A DNA stretch of 28,851 bases from a virus (taxonomy: Duplodnaviria; Caudoviricetes), in the IMG/VR virus record IMGVR_UViG_3300042860_003264, positions 1 to 28,851 of that record, one strand, 5' to 3'. Positions 15,848-24,312 of this stretch are shown here, piece by piece (the first letter of the stretch is position 1; each line of letters starts with the position of its first letter). Below the pieces are notes generated by a model that worked only from the letters and a program-made list of their open reading frames with translations, was not told the DNA's origin and did no database searches. A program made the position numbers and the translations under genes.

Positions 15848-16433
15848 AAAGATCGAAGCATTCTGGGTCAACGCAACGGCGAAGGATGTCGAGCGGGTGA
15901 TGCAGGGCGAAACGGTTGAGGCTAGGTTTCGGGATCACTTGCAAGAAGATTGGTCCAAGACCGTTTGGCTTCTTGCTGGTTACGACTCAACGGAAGAAAA
16001 TTGCTGGATCGATAACACGGGCTGTCCTTGGCGATACTGCCAAGTCTACCGCGAACCCTCCTGGCACGCCAACAAGCCCGATCCGGGGCCAGGGTATCGG
16101 TTGCTTGAGAAGCTTCCTGATGAGGAATTAAAGCCGGGGGATGAGTGCTTTTCGAGTACCGGAAAATGGGATGAAAGCCATAAGGCAACAATCGGCGGAC
16201 GCCAAAGCTACGGCATTTGGTATCGCCGACGCCTCGAGCCTGTGGAGCCTGAGCCTAAGCACTACGTTTTGCGGGTCGGCGATACGGTCGAGAACCCAAA
16301 CGGCGATTGTATCAAGGTTGTAAACCCTGGCTTCGAGCAAAGCCACTACGCGCTCAAGGTCGGCGATACGATTAGCACTCCCAGCGGCCAGACTATCACG
16401 ATCACGGCGAAAGGCTTTGAGGTGACAGAGTGA
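15837..16433 (+). CDS. Hypothetical protein with duplicated C-terminal HYxLxVGDT module
   Basis: HYVLRVGDTVENPNG...GFE / HYALKVGDTISTPSG...GFE. Confidence 0.65.
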   Translation: MTAEKIEAFWVNATAKDVERVMQGETVEARFRDHLQEDWSKTVWLLAGYDSTEENCWIDNTGCPWRYCQVYREPSWHANKPDPGPGYRLLEKLPDEELKPGDECFSSTGKWDESHKATIGGRQSYGIWYRRRLEPVEPEPKHYVLRVGDTVENPNGDCIKVVNPGFEQSHYALKVGDTISTPSGQTITITAKGFEVTE

Positions 16434-16687
16434 AATTCGAGATTATCGACTATATCGGGGCGGCTAGTGTCTACTTTGCTCTTGTTGTTTCGGTGGCTTA
16501 CCTGATAAGGCTTGCAGATCCTTGCTACAGCGAACCCAGCGACCCCCAACGCTATACCGTTCACTTCGACGGCATCGATTACCAAGATTTGACGCGAACC
16601 GGCGGCTCTGGCCAATGGTCGTCATACAAAACCAAAGCGGGCAAACGTATTGAATTTCACGGCAATTTTTACGAGGTTGAACAATGA
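16430..16687 (+). CDS. Hypothetical membrane-anchored protein
   Basis: N-terminal hydrophobic helix; GTGA coupling. Confidence 0.55.
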   Translation: MKFEIIDYIGAASVYFALVVSVAYLIRLADPCYSEPSDPQRYTVHFDGIDYQDLTRTGGSGQWSSYKTKAGKRIEFHGNFYEVEQ

Positions 16688-16875
16688 GCAAGTATATCCC
16701 GACCACCCCAAAGCCTTACGCTATCGTTTTTCGATGGAGGGACTCAAGGCACGGCGTTCTTGACGTTAAAGAGTATTTTGCGACCGAAGCAGAGGCTAGG
16801 GCCTGCTTGCGTCTTATGACCATCCCCAGCGGAGTCGAAAAGGCCGAAGTTATGAAATACGAGGTTGAGCAATGA
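16684..16875 (+). CDS. Hypothetical protein
   Basis: ATGA coupling; ends YEVEQ like the upstream gene. Confidence 0.55.
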   Translation: MSKYIPTTPKPYAIVFRWRDSRHGVLDVKEYFATEAEARACLRLMTIPSGVEKAEVMKYEVEQ

Positions 16876-17300
16876 CACAATGGCAAGCAACAACTAGAGG
16901 CGGGCATCAATACCGGATCACAGCAAAGAACCCCGGAGCAAAATATCCTATTATTGGCGAGGTGACTGATTTGGGAATGGCGATCCCCGTTTCCTGGAGG
17001 GATGACGGCAGGCAGGCATCGGACGGCGAAAGCCCATACGACCTACTCCCCATCGAACCAGAGGCCCCTAGCCCTGCGAAGGCGCGAGTCGATTTGGCTT
17101 TGGCGGCGATGGCGTACAAGCTAGCTAGCGACGCAGAGCAAGCAGCTATGGAAAGAATGAGCGATGCCGACGAGAAACTTCGAGAGGCTATGAGGGCGTG
17201 CGGTAAGGAAAACGCTTTGGTCTCGATTCACGGCGAACTATTTCTGTTTCAGATCGACGAGGACGGCTGTATTTTTACCGAAAAAACGGAGGTGCTTTAA
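16872..17300 (+). CDS. Hypothetical protein (TRGG...WxxDG...SxxDL family)
   Basis: Shared motif with 17300-17530 and 17779-18141. Confidence 0.6.
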   Translation: MTQWQATTRGGHQYRITAKNPGAKYPIIGEVTDLGMAIPVSWRDDGRQASDGESPYDLLPIEPEAPSPAKARVDLALAAMAYKLASDAEQAAMERMSDADEKLREAMRACGKENALVSIHGELFLFQIDEDGCIFTEKTEVL

Positions 17301-17530
17301 TGAGGCAATGGGAACCAACGACACGCGGCGGCTATCGGGTGCGAAACATCGAGCCGATCAATGGCGACGGCTACGGCTACGATCTACGCGGGGAGGTCGG
17401 CAATCATAGCAACGAGCCGCCGAGTGAAGATCCGGCTGACTGGGCCCAGGAAACGTGGCGTAGCGATGGGCGGTATATGGTCGGAAAGGAAAGTGTTTTT
17501 GATTTAATTGAGGTGCAAGATGGCGAATAG
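17300..17530 (+). CDS. Hypothetical protein (TRGG...WxxDG...SxxDL family)
   Basis: MRQWEPTTRGG...WRSDGRY...ESVFDL. Confidence 0.6.
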   Translation: MRQWEPTTRGGYRVRNIEPINGDGYGYDLRGEVGNHSNEPPSEDPADWAQETWRSDGRYMVGKESVFDLIEVQDGE

Positions 17531-17789
17531 CAGCGAAGAAATCGACGATGGCAACATTGAAATGCAAGTCTGGTACGTTAGCCCGGACGAAGAGGGAAAG
17601 CCAAACCGAATCGTATTTGATGACTCGGATGACATGCTAGAACACGCTCATAACGTGCTAGACGCCATGTTTGGCAGGCTTGGCGAGGAAGGCGAAGAAA
17701 ATGTTGCGATCCTCACGATAGAGCAGAGCAAAATGACGCGGGGTGAATGGCGGGCAATTGCTAAAGTGAACGGAGGCGATGATGAATAA
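17520..17789 (+). CDS. Acidic hypothetical protein
   Basis: GAGGT RBS, ATG 17520. Confidence 0.55.
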   Translation: MANSSEEIDDGNIEMQVWYVSPDEEGKPNRIVFDDSDDMLEHAHNVLDAMFGRLGEEGEENVAILTIEQSKMTRGEWRAIAKVNGGDDE

Positions 17790-18141
17790 ATGGCAGATCG
17801 GGCCGGTTAAACTGGCAAACGGCGAAGAGGCCTTTATCGACGCGATCAACGAGGGGCAAGAGGCTTTTCGATACACTGGCAGGACCAAATGCTTGGGGCA
17901 ATGGGAGGCTGCAGGATGGGACGAGACAGGGCGCAAAATGTACAATCCGACTGATTCCCCTCGGAACCTAGCCCCACCGCCGAATAAAACGATTCGGGTG
18001 CAAAGGTGGATGGTGGTTTACGCAAACGGCGGAACGTGCGTTTTTATGCTCCAATCCGAAGCAATCGCAGAGGCTAGGATGTACGGTTTCGCCCTGATCG
18101 AAATCGATCGCGAAGTCACGGAAGGAGAGGGGCTATCGTGA
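17779..18141 (+). CDS. Hypothetical protein (distant member of the WxxxG...SxxNL family)
   Basis: VKLANG...WDETGR...DSPRNL. Confidence 0.55.
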   Translation: MMNKWQIGPVKLANGEEAFIDAINEGQEAFRYTGRTKCLGQWEAAGWDETGRKMYNPTDSPRNLAPPPNKTIRVQRWMVVYANGGTCVFMLQSEAIAEARMYGFALIEIDREVTEGEGLS

Positions 18142-18323
18142 CTGACCAAGAAATCCTAGATCGGATCGATGCGGAGATCGCGGCAACTCGAACGACATGC
18201 GAAAATCTCAAGCGTGGCACTTTGGGCTACCACGAATTGCTTTGCGGGCATATTGGTTTCATCAACGGGCTTAAATTCGCCAGGGCATTAATTGAGAAAC
18301 AAACGGAAGGGGAGGGGCTATGA
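18138..18323 (+). CDS. Hypothetical protein
   Basis: GTGA coupling. Confidence 0.55.
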   Translation: MTDQEILDRIDAEIAATRTTCENLKRGTLGYHELLCGHIGFINGLKFARALIEKQTEGEGL

Positions 18324-18715
18324 TCTACATCTACAAAGCCGGATTAATCCGCGTAGTCGATGGCGATACCGTGGACCTGATTGTTGACCTGGGATTCGAC
18401 ACGTCACGCAAAGAGCGATTCAGGCTCTACGGCATCGATGCACCTGAGATGAATACCGCTGAGGGCAAGGCGGCTAAGGCGTGGCTACGGGAGGTACTGC
18501 AACCCCTTGAGGCGATCTACGTACAGACGATCCAGCTAGAGACTAAGGCCAAGCGGGACAAGTACGGGCGATTTCTGGCGGTGCTGTACAAGAGCGAGGC
18601 AGACATGGAGCGAGATATGGATTACGCAGACGCCCAAGGAACGCAGAATTTTTTCCAGGGTTCAATTAACAGGCGGCTAATCGTCGAAGGTCACGCCAAG
18701 GAAAGGCACTGGTAA
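18320..18715 (+). CDS. Thermonuclease (SNase-like) family nuclease
   Basis: RVVDGDT, RFRLYGIDAPE, DKYGRFLA, INRRLIVEGHA motifs. Confidence 0.9.
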   Translation: MIYIYKAGLIRVVDGDTVDLIVDLGFDTSRKERFRLYGIDAPEMNTAEGKAAKAWLREVLQPLEAIYVQTIQLETKAKRDKYGRFLAVLYKSEADMERDMDYADAQGTQNFFQGSINRRLIVEGHAKERHW

Positions 18716-18882
18716 TGAATCCCTACCAACCCCCTGACGACGAAAGCCAACTCGACCGGATCGAGCGGAAGCTAGATAGGTTGAATGGCGAGTTCGCGTT
18801 GACGCTAATGACGGGCGCGATTGTTGCGACGGCTTGCCTGTTTGCGCTCGAGGTGCTTCGGGTCAATGGATGGAAGTTTTAA
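18715..18882 (+). CDS. Small membrane protein with N-terminal NPYxPP motif (55 aa, not in the ORF track)
   Basis: MNPYQPPDDESQLDRIERKLDRLNGEFALTLMTGAIVATACLFALEVLRVNGWKF. Confidence 0.55.
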   Translation: MNPYQPPDDESQLDRIERKLDRLNGEFALTLMTGAIVATACLFALEVLRVNGWKF

Positions 18883-18907
18883 GTTTCAATTCTTTGGAGG
18901 TGGATAG

Positions 18908-19129
18908 ATGAATCGCGAATGGGAAGTAAAGTTCAAACCAGGGCAAACCGTAATCCTTGACAAGAGCGGAATCCCCTGCGAGGTTGAGATCGAAGGGGTC
19001 TTTTGCCATAAGGCGACAGGCTGGCAAGTGATTTACGATGTTCGAGAGATCGAATCAAAAGTCGCTTACTCGGCGAGCCAAAAGAGTTTGAGCAGCAAGC
19101 CAGCGAAGAAACTAGACCCGCAACCCTAA
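18908..19129 (+). CDS. Hypothetical protein (SH3/KOW-like)
   Basis: KFKPGQTV motif; GGAGG RBS. Confidence 0.55.
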   Translation: MNREWEVKFKPGQTVILDKSGIPCEVEIEGVFCHKATGWQVIYDVREIESKVAYSASQKSLSSKPAKKLDPQP

Positions 19130-19148
19130 CCGATTGAAAGGCTACTCG

Positions 19149-20105
19149 ATGAAAACCAACAGAATAATCTGCGGCGATAATTGCGAGGTGATGCGAACCA
19201 TGCCGAGCGAGTCGATAGATTGCTGCGTTACTTCGCCTCCTTATTGGGGCTTGCGTGACTACGGCCACGACGGCCAAATAGGGCTTGAGTCTACGCCGGA
19301 GGAATACGTTGCTCGAATGGTCGAGGTATTCCGCGAAGTCAAGCGGCTTTTGAAAGGCGACGGAACGCTATGGCTTAACCTTGGTGATAGCTACGCAAGA
19401 AATGGCGGCGGTGTTCAATCAAAAATGAACACAGTACACAAAATGGGGGTTGGTCAAAAAGCGACTTATCTTGCGGGTGGGATGCAAAGCATAGACAAAG
19501 TACCCGAAGGATTGAAAGCCAAAGACCTCATCGGCATACCCTGGCGCGTTGCGTTTGCATTGCAAGCCGACGGCTGGTACTTGCGGCAGGACATTATTTG
19601 GCACAAGCCGAATCCGATGCCTGAGAGCGTCACGGATCGCTGTACCAAGGCGCATGAGTACGTTTTCTTGCTAAGCAAGTCGGAGCGGTATTACTACGAT
19701 GCCGAAGCGATTAGCGAGGAAGCGGTATGCGACAGAAAGCCAGGCCGAAAGATTACCGACACTCGCGAGACGCACGGTACTGGAGGCGGCAACGCGGGGA
19801 TAAACTCGTTTCTAGCCCGCTATCACGAAGGAATCGCGCCAACGATCCGCAATCGTCGCTCCGTATGGACCATAACAACTAAGCCTTACAGCGGGGCGCA
19901 CTTCGCGGTAATGCCTGCCGACTTAGTTAAACCTTGCATCATGGCAGGATGCAGGGAGGGAGGCGTTGTGCTTGACCCGTTCAGCGGATCGGGTACTACG
20001 GCGATGGTGGCTAGGGGCCTTAGTTGCCGGTATGTCGGCATCGAACTTAATCCTGAGTACGTCGAAATCAGTTTGAAGCGATTGGAGCAAGGCGTTTTAT
20101 TTTGA
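19149..20105 (+). CDS. Orphan beta-class N4-C/N6-A DNA methyltransferase
   Basis: TSPPY motif IV at the N-terminus, VLDPFSGSGTT motif I at the C-terminus, HFAVMP. Confidence 0.92.
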   Translation: MKTNRIICGDNCEVMRTMPSESIDCCVTSPPYWGLRDYGHDGQIGLESTPEEYVARMVEVFREVKRLLKGDGTLWLNLGDSYARNGGGVQSKMNTVHKMGVGQKATYLAGGMQSIDKVPEGLKAKDLIGIPWRVAFALQADGWYLRQDIIWHKPNPMPESVTDRCTKAHEYVFLLSKSERYYYDAEAISEEAVCDRKPGRKITDTRETHGTGGGNAGINSFLARYHEGIAPTIRNRRSVWTITTKPYSGAHFAVMPADLVKPCIMAGCREGGVVLDPFSGSGTTAMVARGLSCRYVGIELNPEYVEISLKRLEQGVLF

Positions 20106-20116
20106 CCCCAAAGAGG

Positions 20117-20263
20117 CTGGTCCACCTCGGCAAAGGTGCTTGCTGTCTACTGGCAAGAATCCCGCTAAGAGGAATTTCCTCACGGACTGGTGCGCGGATC
20201 GTGCCGGGTTTAATCGGCCCAAACGACCGTTGGCAAGTGGCGTTGAAACTTCCGCCGTTTGCC
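20117..20263 (+). ncRNA. Candidate multi-stem structured RNA
   Basis: Six potential stems in a ~230-bp intergenic gap (see findings). Confidence 0.4.
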
Positions 20264-20266
20264 CCA

Positions 20267-20307
20267 GGGCCGTCCGTCCTAACGGGCGGGCGGCTCTTTT
20301 AATTTTT
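20267..20307 (+). terminator. Rho-independent terminator
   Basis: 13-bp stem GGGCCGTCCGTCC-TAAC-GGGCGGGCGGCTC followed by TTTTAATTTTT. Confidence 0.8.
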
Positions 20308-20334
20308 GTTTCAATGGCTTTTGAAAGGCGAATA

Positions 20335-20700
20335 ATGAGCGACGTAAACGAAAAGATTCTGAGGACTGTTGCGGCTAGAGGGGAAGCGGTGTTTACGATC
20401 GTTTGTAAGCCGTTTGAGCACTATTGCGAGTTCGAGGTATTCGAGATCCTTTCGAGCGAACCGACTACCCTATGGAACTTGCCGACCGGATCGAGGCCAA
20501 ACCCAACGGACGACTTGTCAAAAGCCGAGCGGTTTTTGCATGGCTCGATTAAATGGGACGGATGCTCGAATTGGCACTTCGATATTCAGGATGATTGCAT
20601 GATCCATTTTTGTTCGGCTCAAGATGCGGCGGCTATCGGCGTATTGTTCGCCGAGCTTTACAGTATCGCAGACGAATTGATTCCCGGCGGTATTCGCTAG
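20335..20700 (+). CDS. Hypothetical protein (GSIKWDGCSNWHF motif)
   Basis: GAAAGG RBS, ATG 20335. Confidence 0.6.
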   Translation: MSDVNEKILRTVAARGEAVFTIVCKPFEHYCEFEVFEILSSEPTTLWNLPTGSRPNPTDDLSKAERFLHGSIKWDGCSNWHFDIQDDCMIHFCSAQDAAAIGVLFAELYSIADELIPGGIR

Positions 20701-20750
20701 GGGCGGCTCTTTTACGCTCCGTGTGGGGCGGTTTTAACTTGAAAGGAAAT

Positions 20751-21047
20751 ATGATGGCAAAATCGAAATTCACTCCGGGTCCGTGGGGGTTTCAGGAATC
20801 CGAGGCGTACAAAAATACATGGAGGATCACAGCAGACGGCCAGCGATTAGCTAGCCTCGACGGTGGCGATGGCGAACCCGCACAGACGCAAGCCAACGCC
20901 GAACTGATGGCCGACGCTCCAAGATTGCTGGAGGTGCTGAGGAAGATCCTCACCCACTCGGAACCCCTCTTGGGCTGGCAGCATATCGACGAGGCGGAAC
21001 AGGCTTTCGGAGATGCTAACGACCTACTCGAAAAACACGGCGGCTAG
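20751..21047 (+). CDS. Conserved phage protein (TPGPW...ANAxLxAxAPxLL family)
   Basis: Recognisable motif; GAAAGGA RBS. Confidence 0.7.
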   Translation: MMAKSKFTPGPWGFQESEAYKNTWRITADGQRLASLDGGDGEPAQTQANAELMADAPRLLEVLRKILTHSEPLLGWQHIDEAEQAFGDANDLLEKHGG

Positions 21048-21079
21048 ATTATTGTTTGGTGGTTTTAACTGAGGGTGAA

Positions 21080-21841
21080 ATGATGGCCGGTGATTGGATC
21101 AAAATCGAGCATGGGCTATTGGGCAAGCCCGAGGTTATGCTGCTGGCCGACACGCTCGACGCTTCGCCCCATGAAGTGGTAGGGCATCTAGTCGCGTTTT
21201 GGCTTTGGGTCGACCTGAATCTGTCCCCAGATTGTCCCCAAGTAAAGGGGACAAAAAAGGGACTAGATAGGGTCGCAGGGAGGGACGGGTTTGCAGACGC
21301 TCTAGTTTCGGTCGGCTGGCTATACGTCGAGGATGGCGTGGTTTCGATTCCCGGGTACGAGGTTCACCTGTCGAAAAGCGCGAAAGAACGTGCAAAAGGC
21401 CAGAAAAAGAAGGCTATGCAGCGTATAAAGCTGTCCCCTAGCAAGGGGGACAAACCGGGGGACAAAACCGGGACGGAACAGGGGACCAGAGAAGAGAAGA
21501 GAAGAGAAGAGTATTCAAATATAGATACACTGCCTAATTGGCTCAAAAAGGATTGGGTCCGATGGCTGGACTTCCGATTCGCGAAGGATGGGCAGTGGAT
21601 GCCAGAGGCTCAAGCCGACGCGGTGATTATGGACTTGCTCCGAAGGGGTGAAGCCAAGGCCCTGAAAGACATCGAGTTTTCGATTCGGATCGGGGCCAAG
21701 AACATTTGCCACGATGACGGCGGGCAGGGCTTGCTAAAGCCGGTCGGCGGGCCAGCGACAGGAGCCCAACCCAGCAGAAAACTTACCAACGCAGAAAAGA
21801 CCCTCAAGCTTATCGAGGAAATGAACAATGGAAACGTCTGA
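21080..21841 (+). CDS. Phage replication initiator (lambda O/replisome-organiser-like)
   Basis: MAGDWIK...KPEV wHTH-type N-terminus, REEKRREE linker, internal iterons, W..W..FR C-terminal domain. Confidence 0.75.
   Translation: MMAGDWIKIEHGLLGKPEVMLLADTLDASPHEVVGHLVAFWLWVDLNLSPDCPQVKGTKKGLDRVAGRDGFADALVSVGWLYVEDGVVSIPGYEVHLSKSAKERAKGQKKKAMQRIKLSPSKGDKPGDKTGTEQGTREEKRREEYSNIDTLPNWLKKDWVRWLDFRFAKDGQWMPEAQADAVIMDLLRRGEAKALKDIEFSIRIGAKNICHDDGGQGLLKPVGGPATGAQPSRKLTNAEKTLKLIEEMNNGNV
21222..21511. repeat. Putative replication origin iterons (GGGGACA/TGTCCCC) plus (AGAGA)n tract
   Basis: TGTCCCC at 21222, 21233, 21432; GGGGACA at 21247, 21446, 21458; partial copies at 21259, 21470, 21481; purine tract 21488-21511. 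Confidence 0.7.
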
Positions 21842-22295
21842 GAATCGAGAATTTTTTACGCGAATCGCCATGATCCATTTTCCGAGCCTTGGCACCTACC
21901 TGAACAAAGAGACAAGCAGCGTGCTCGGAACTATCGACGCTTGGGCAATGACCCTCCGGGACATTACAACCCAGGAAGCTATCTCCGTGGTTTATCGATG
22001 GTCCAAGGACGAACTGCCAAGGCCTCAATATTACGAGCTAGGCGATTTTGCTTTACACCTTCGGGCGGTTGTCTTGCAGGATCGGGTAAACGCACGCAAG
22101 ACGCAACTGGTTGACATGATTCGCAACAGAGAAGAACCGACGGGCAATTACAGCCATGTTTCGCTGCGGCCATTCATTGCCAGGGTGCTTGAGTCCGGCG
22201 AGCAATGCAAGCTTGGCAAGATCACCAAAGCGGAACACTACGCGACTCGGGACCAAGTTTTAGCGGATTTGGCAGCGGCGCAGGTGCGACGATGA
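21828..22295 (+). CDS. Putative helicase loader/inhibitor (P/G39P-like)
   Basis: Follows the initiator; WAMTLRDITTQEAISVV...P pattern. Confidence 0.45.
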   Translation: METSENREFFTRIAMIHFPSLGTYLNKETSSVLGTIDAWAMTLRDITTQEAISVVYRWSKDELPRPQYYELGDFALHLRAVVLQDRVNARKTQLVDMIRNREEPTGNYSHVSLRPFIARVLESGEQCKLGKITKAEHYATRDQVLADLAAAQVRR

Positions 22296-22444
22296 CCGAC
22301 GACGAAAAGACCCGCAAACTCCAAGACAAAGTGTATTGGCTGGAAATGCGGGTCAAACTACTACAGGAACGAAACAAGGGGCTTAGGCAATGGATCACGA
22401 AATTGACAAACAAGACCCATCCAGCAAGGAGGGCGGGCAAGTGA
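22292..22444 (+). CDS. Small coiled-coil protein
   Basis: ATGA coupling; heptads. Confidence 0.55.
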   Translation: MTDDEKTRKLQDKVYWLEMRVKLLQERNKGLRQWITKLTNKTHPARRAGK

Positions 22445-22851
22445 AGGCAGGCGATTTTGTCTGGATTAAGTGCAAGGTGATTGATCCCTGCGAGAGCCTG
22501 ATAAAGGTCACGCCGAGCGGTAAGGATAACTGGTTTTGGGCTGGCAGGAAGCAATGCCGACCCGTCGAGCCGGCCAACTCTTCGGAAATCCCGAATAGTT
22601 CGAGCGACCCCATCAAGGTCGGCGATGCGGTGCGATTTGTTTCGCCGGGGCATAAGAGGCATGGAACGGAAGGCTTCTTGAAATCGATTCACCACGGACC
22701 AAAGAACGCCTACATGTTCGTTTCCAATTGCGGCCAATTCCATCGCTATTGCACGGTCAAAGAGCTGGAGCGATTCCCTTTTCTTTGTGTCAACGAAGAG
22801 CAAGAGTTGAGCGGTCAATGGGACCAATGCAGGATCGAGGTCTGCGAATGA
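22441..22851 (+). CDS. Hypothetical protein with two KxGDxV (KOW/SH3-like) modules
   Basis: VKAGDFVWI and IKVGDAVRF. Confidence 0.55.
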   Translation: MKAGDFVWIKCKVIDPCESLIKVTPSGKDNWFWAGRKQCRPVEPANSSEIPNSSSDPIKVGDAVRFVSPGHKRHGTEGFLKSIHHGPKNAYMFVSNCGQFHRYCTVKELERFPFLCVNEEQELSGQWDQCRIEVCE

Positions 22852-23057
22852 GCAAGTTTAGAAAAATCACGGAAGCCGAAGCAGCGGCGATAGCAAGCGG
22901 CAGCGAAGCTGGAAGGATGCTAGTTATGGAATGCAGGCTACTTCGCGAGTTGGTAAAGGCCAAGGATGAGTACATCGCCTGTTATAAGACCGGCAAGCGA
23001 CCAAGCGAGAAACTTTTCGCTAAGCTTGAGCGATTGATTAAGGAGGTGGGCGAATGA
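22848..23057 (+). CDS. Hypothetical protein
   Basis: ATGA coupling. Confidence 0.55.
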   Translation: MSKFRKITEAEAAAIASGSEAGRMLVMECRLLRELVKAKDEYIACYKTGKRPSEKLFAKLERLIKEVGE

Positions 23058-23458
23058 AGATCTTTATTCCAGGCGAACCGATCGCCCAGCCAAGAGTCAA
23101 GGTTTCGACAAAGAACGGCTTTGCGAGGGCCTACACAGAGCGAGACCATCCGATTCACGCCTACAAGCAAGCAGTCAGGTTGGCTTACGTCAACGCAGGC
23201 GGCGAAGTGGTAGAGGGGCCGGTTGAAATTCGGATCGTTTGTTTGTTCGACCGACCAAAGAGCCACAGCAAGAAGCGACGGCAACAGCTAGAACCAAAGA
23301 CCACAAAGCCGGACCTGGACAATGTCGGCAAGGCAATCCTCGATGCCTTGAATGAAATCGCCTACAATGACGACGGGCAAGTGTTTATGCTTACGGTCGC
23401 GAAGTGGTACGTTGGCCCATGCGATTCAGTCGGAACGATCATCGAGGTGACCCAATGA
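23054..23458 (+). CDS. rusA: RusA-family Holliday junction resolvase
   Basis: IPGEPIAQPR, KPDLDNVGKAILDALN, YNDDGQV. Confidence 0.9.
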   Translation: MKIFIPGEPIAQPRVKVSTKNGFARAYTERDHPIHAYKQAVRLAYVNAGGEVVEGPVEIRIVCLFDRPKSHSKKRRQQLEPKTTKPDLDNVGKAILDALNEIAYNDDGQVFMLTVAKWYVGPCDSVGTIIEVTQ

Positions 23459-23727
23459 CCGAACGCAAAAACATAATCAACTGCGAAAAGGCATCGCAAA
23501 ACCATCATTTAGCTAGTTACGGCAAGGAAAAATTCCGCTTCGAGTGGGGATACGTAACGCATCCCGGCATCTGGGCTTGCGGTGGTGGGCAGCAAAACAT
23601 TGCTCCGGTGCTGGTCGGTGTTACATTCCAAGCACCGCAAAGCGAACCGGAGTTTGCGTGGTGGTGCTATATCGGGCCTCGGCCAGAGTTTGAAAACGAG
23701 TACGGCTCAACTCAGGAGGTAAAATGA
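23455..23727 (+). CDS. Hypothetical protein
   Basis: ATGA coupling; first 20 nt identical to the gene at 23888. Confidence 0.55.
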   Translation: MTERKNIINCEKASQNHHLASYGKEKFRFEWGYVTHPGIWACGGGQQNIAPVLVGVTFQAPQSEPEFAWWCYIGPRPEFENEYGSTQEVK

Positions 23728-23891
23728 ACGGTTATTTTGAGTCAATGCGAAAATCCCACCCAGTCAAACTGGGCGACATGATTGAAGGGAAAAAGGTTGT
23801 TGCGACGTTTTGGCAGTGGACGCCAAAAGCAGGAAACTTGCCAATGTTTATGCTTGAGGGGGAAGCAGAATCGAGGGTTTTTACAAGATGA
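23724..23891 (+). CDS. Hypothetical protein (55 aa, not in the ORF track)
   Basis: AGGAGG RBS; MNGYFESMRKSHPVKLGDMIEG...; ATGA coupling at both ends. Confidence 0.6.
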   Translation: MNGYFESMRKSHPVKLGDMIEGKKVVATFWQWTPKAGNLPMFMLEGEAESRVFTR

Positions 23892-24088
23892 CCGAACGCA
23901 AAAACATCTCCCAGCCCGAAGAGGCTTGGGCGGCATGGGACAGGCAAGCGGCAGCGATGGATATGACCCTGAGCGGGCTAATTTTCGAGGCCATGAACGA
24001 GCACTTAGGGCTATTCTTGCCACGCAAAATCAAAAAGCGGCCAAAGTCCAAGCCGGTGGCGAAGAAGCGAAGGAGGGGCAAAGCGTGA
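23888..24088 (+). CDS. Ribbon-helix-helix-like DNA-binding protein
   Basis: RKNISQP...WDRQAAAMDMTLSGLIFEAM followed by a basic tail. Confidence 0.55.
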   Translation: MTERKNISQPEEAWAAWDRQAAAMDMTLSGLIFEAMNEHLGLFLPRKIKKRPKSKPVAKKRRRGKA

Positions 24089-24312
24089 CCAAACTCTACC
24101 AATCCTGCCTCTGGGCCTTGCGATCCGTCGCGGTGCTTTTCTTTTGGGGCGACTTGGCGTCGATCCATCCGACTTGGATTATCCTTGAGTTTTTCCACAG
24201 TCTGGCGTTGCTTTCCTGCCCGGCGGCGTTTTTGTTTTGCGTAAATGCGATTTTGTGTACCTGGAGCCCTCCGGCTCCGCATCCTGGAGATTTGAAAAAT
24301 GTCGAAAGTTAG
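24085..24312 (+). CDS. Small membrane protein
   Basis: GTG 24085 after AGGAGG; two hydrophobic stretches. Confidence 0.45.
   Translation: MTKLYQSCLWALRSVAVLFFWGDLASIHPTWIILEFFHSLALLSCPAAFLFCVNAILCTWSPPAPHPGDLKNVES

Noticed and set aside
18320-20105. SNase plus methyltransferase as a restriction-modification pair
   Set aside because: SNase is non-specific, the genes are separated by two ORFs, and both are common solitary phage genes
20126-20140. c-di-GMP-I riboswitch (GGCAAA)
   Set aside because: Lacks the GNRA/receptor P2 and the downstream GCAAAG P3 architecture
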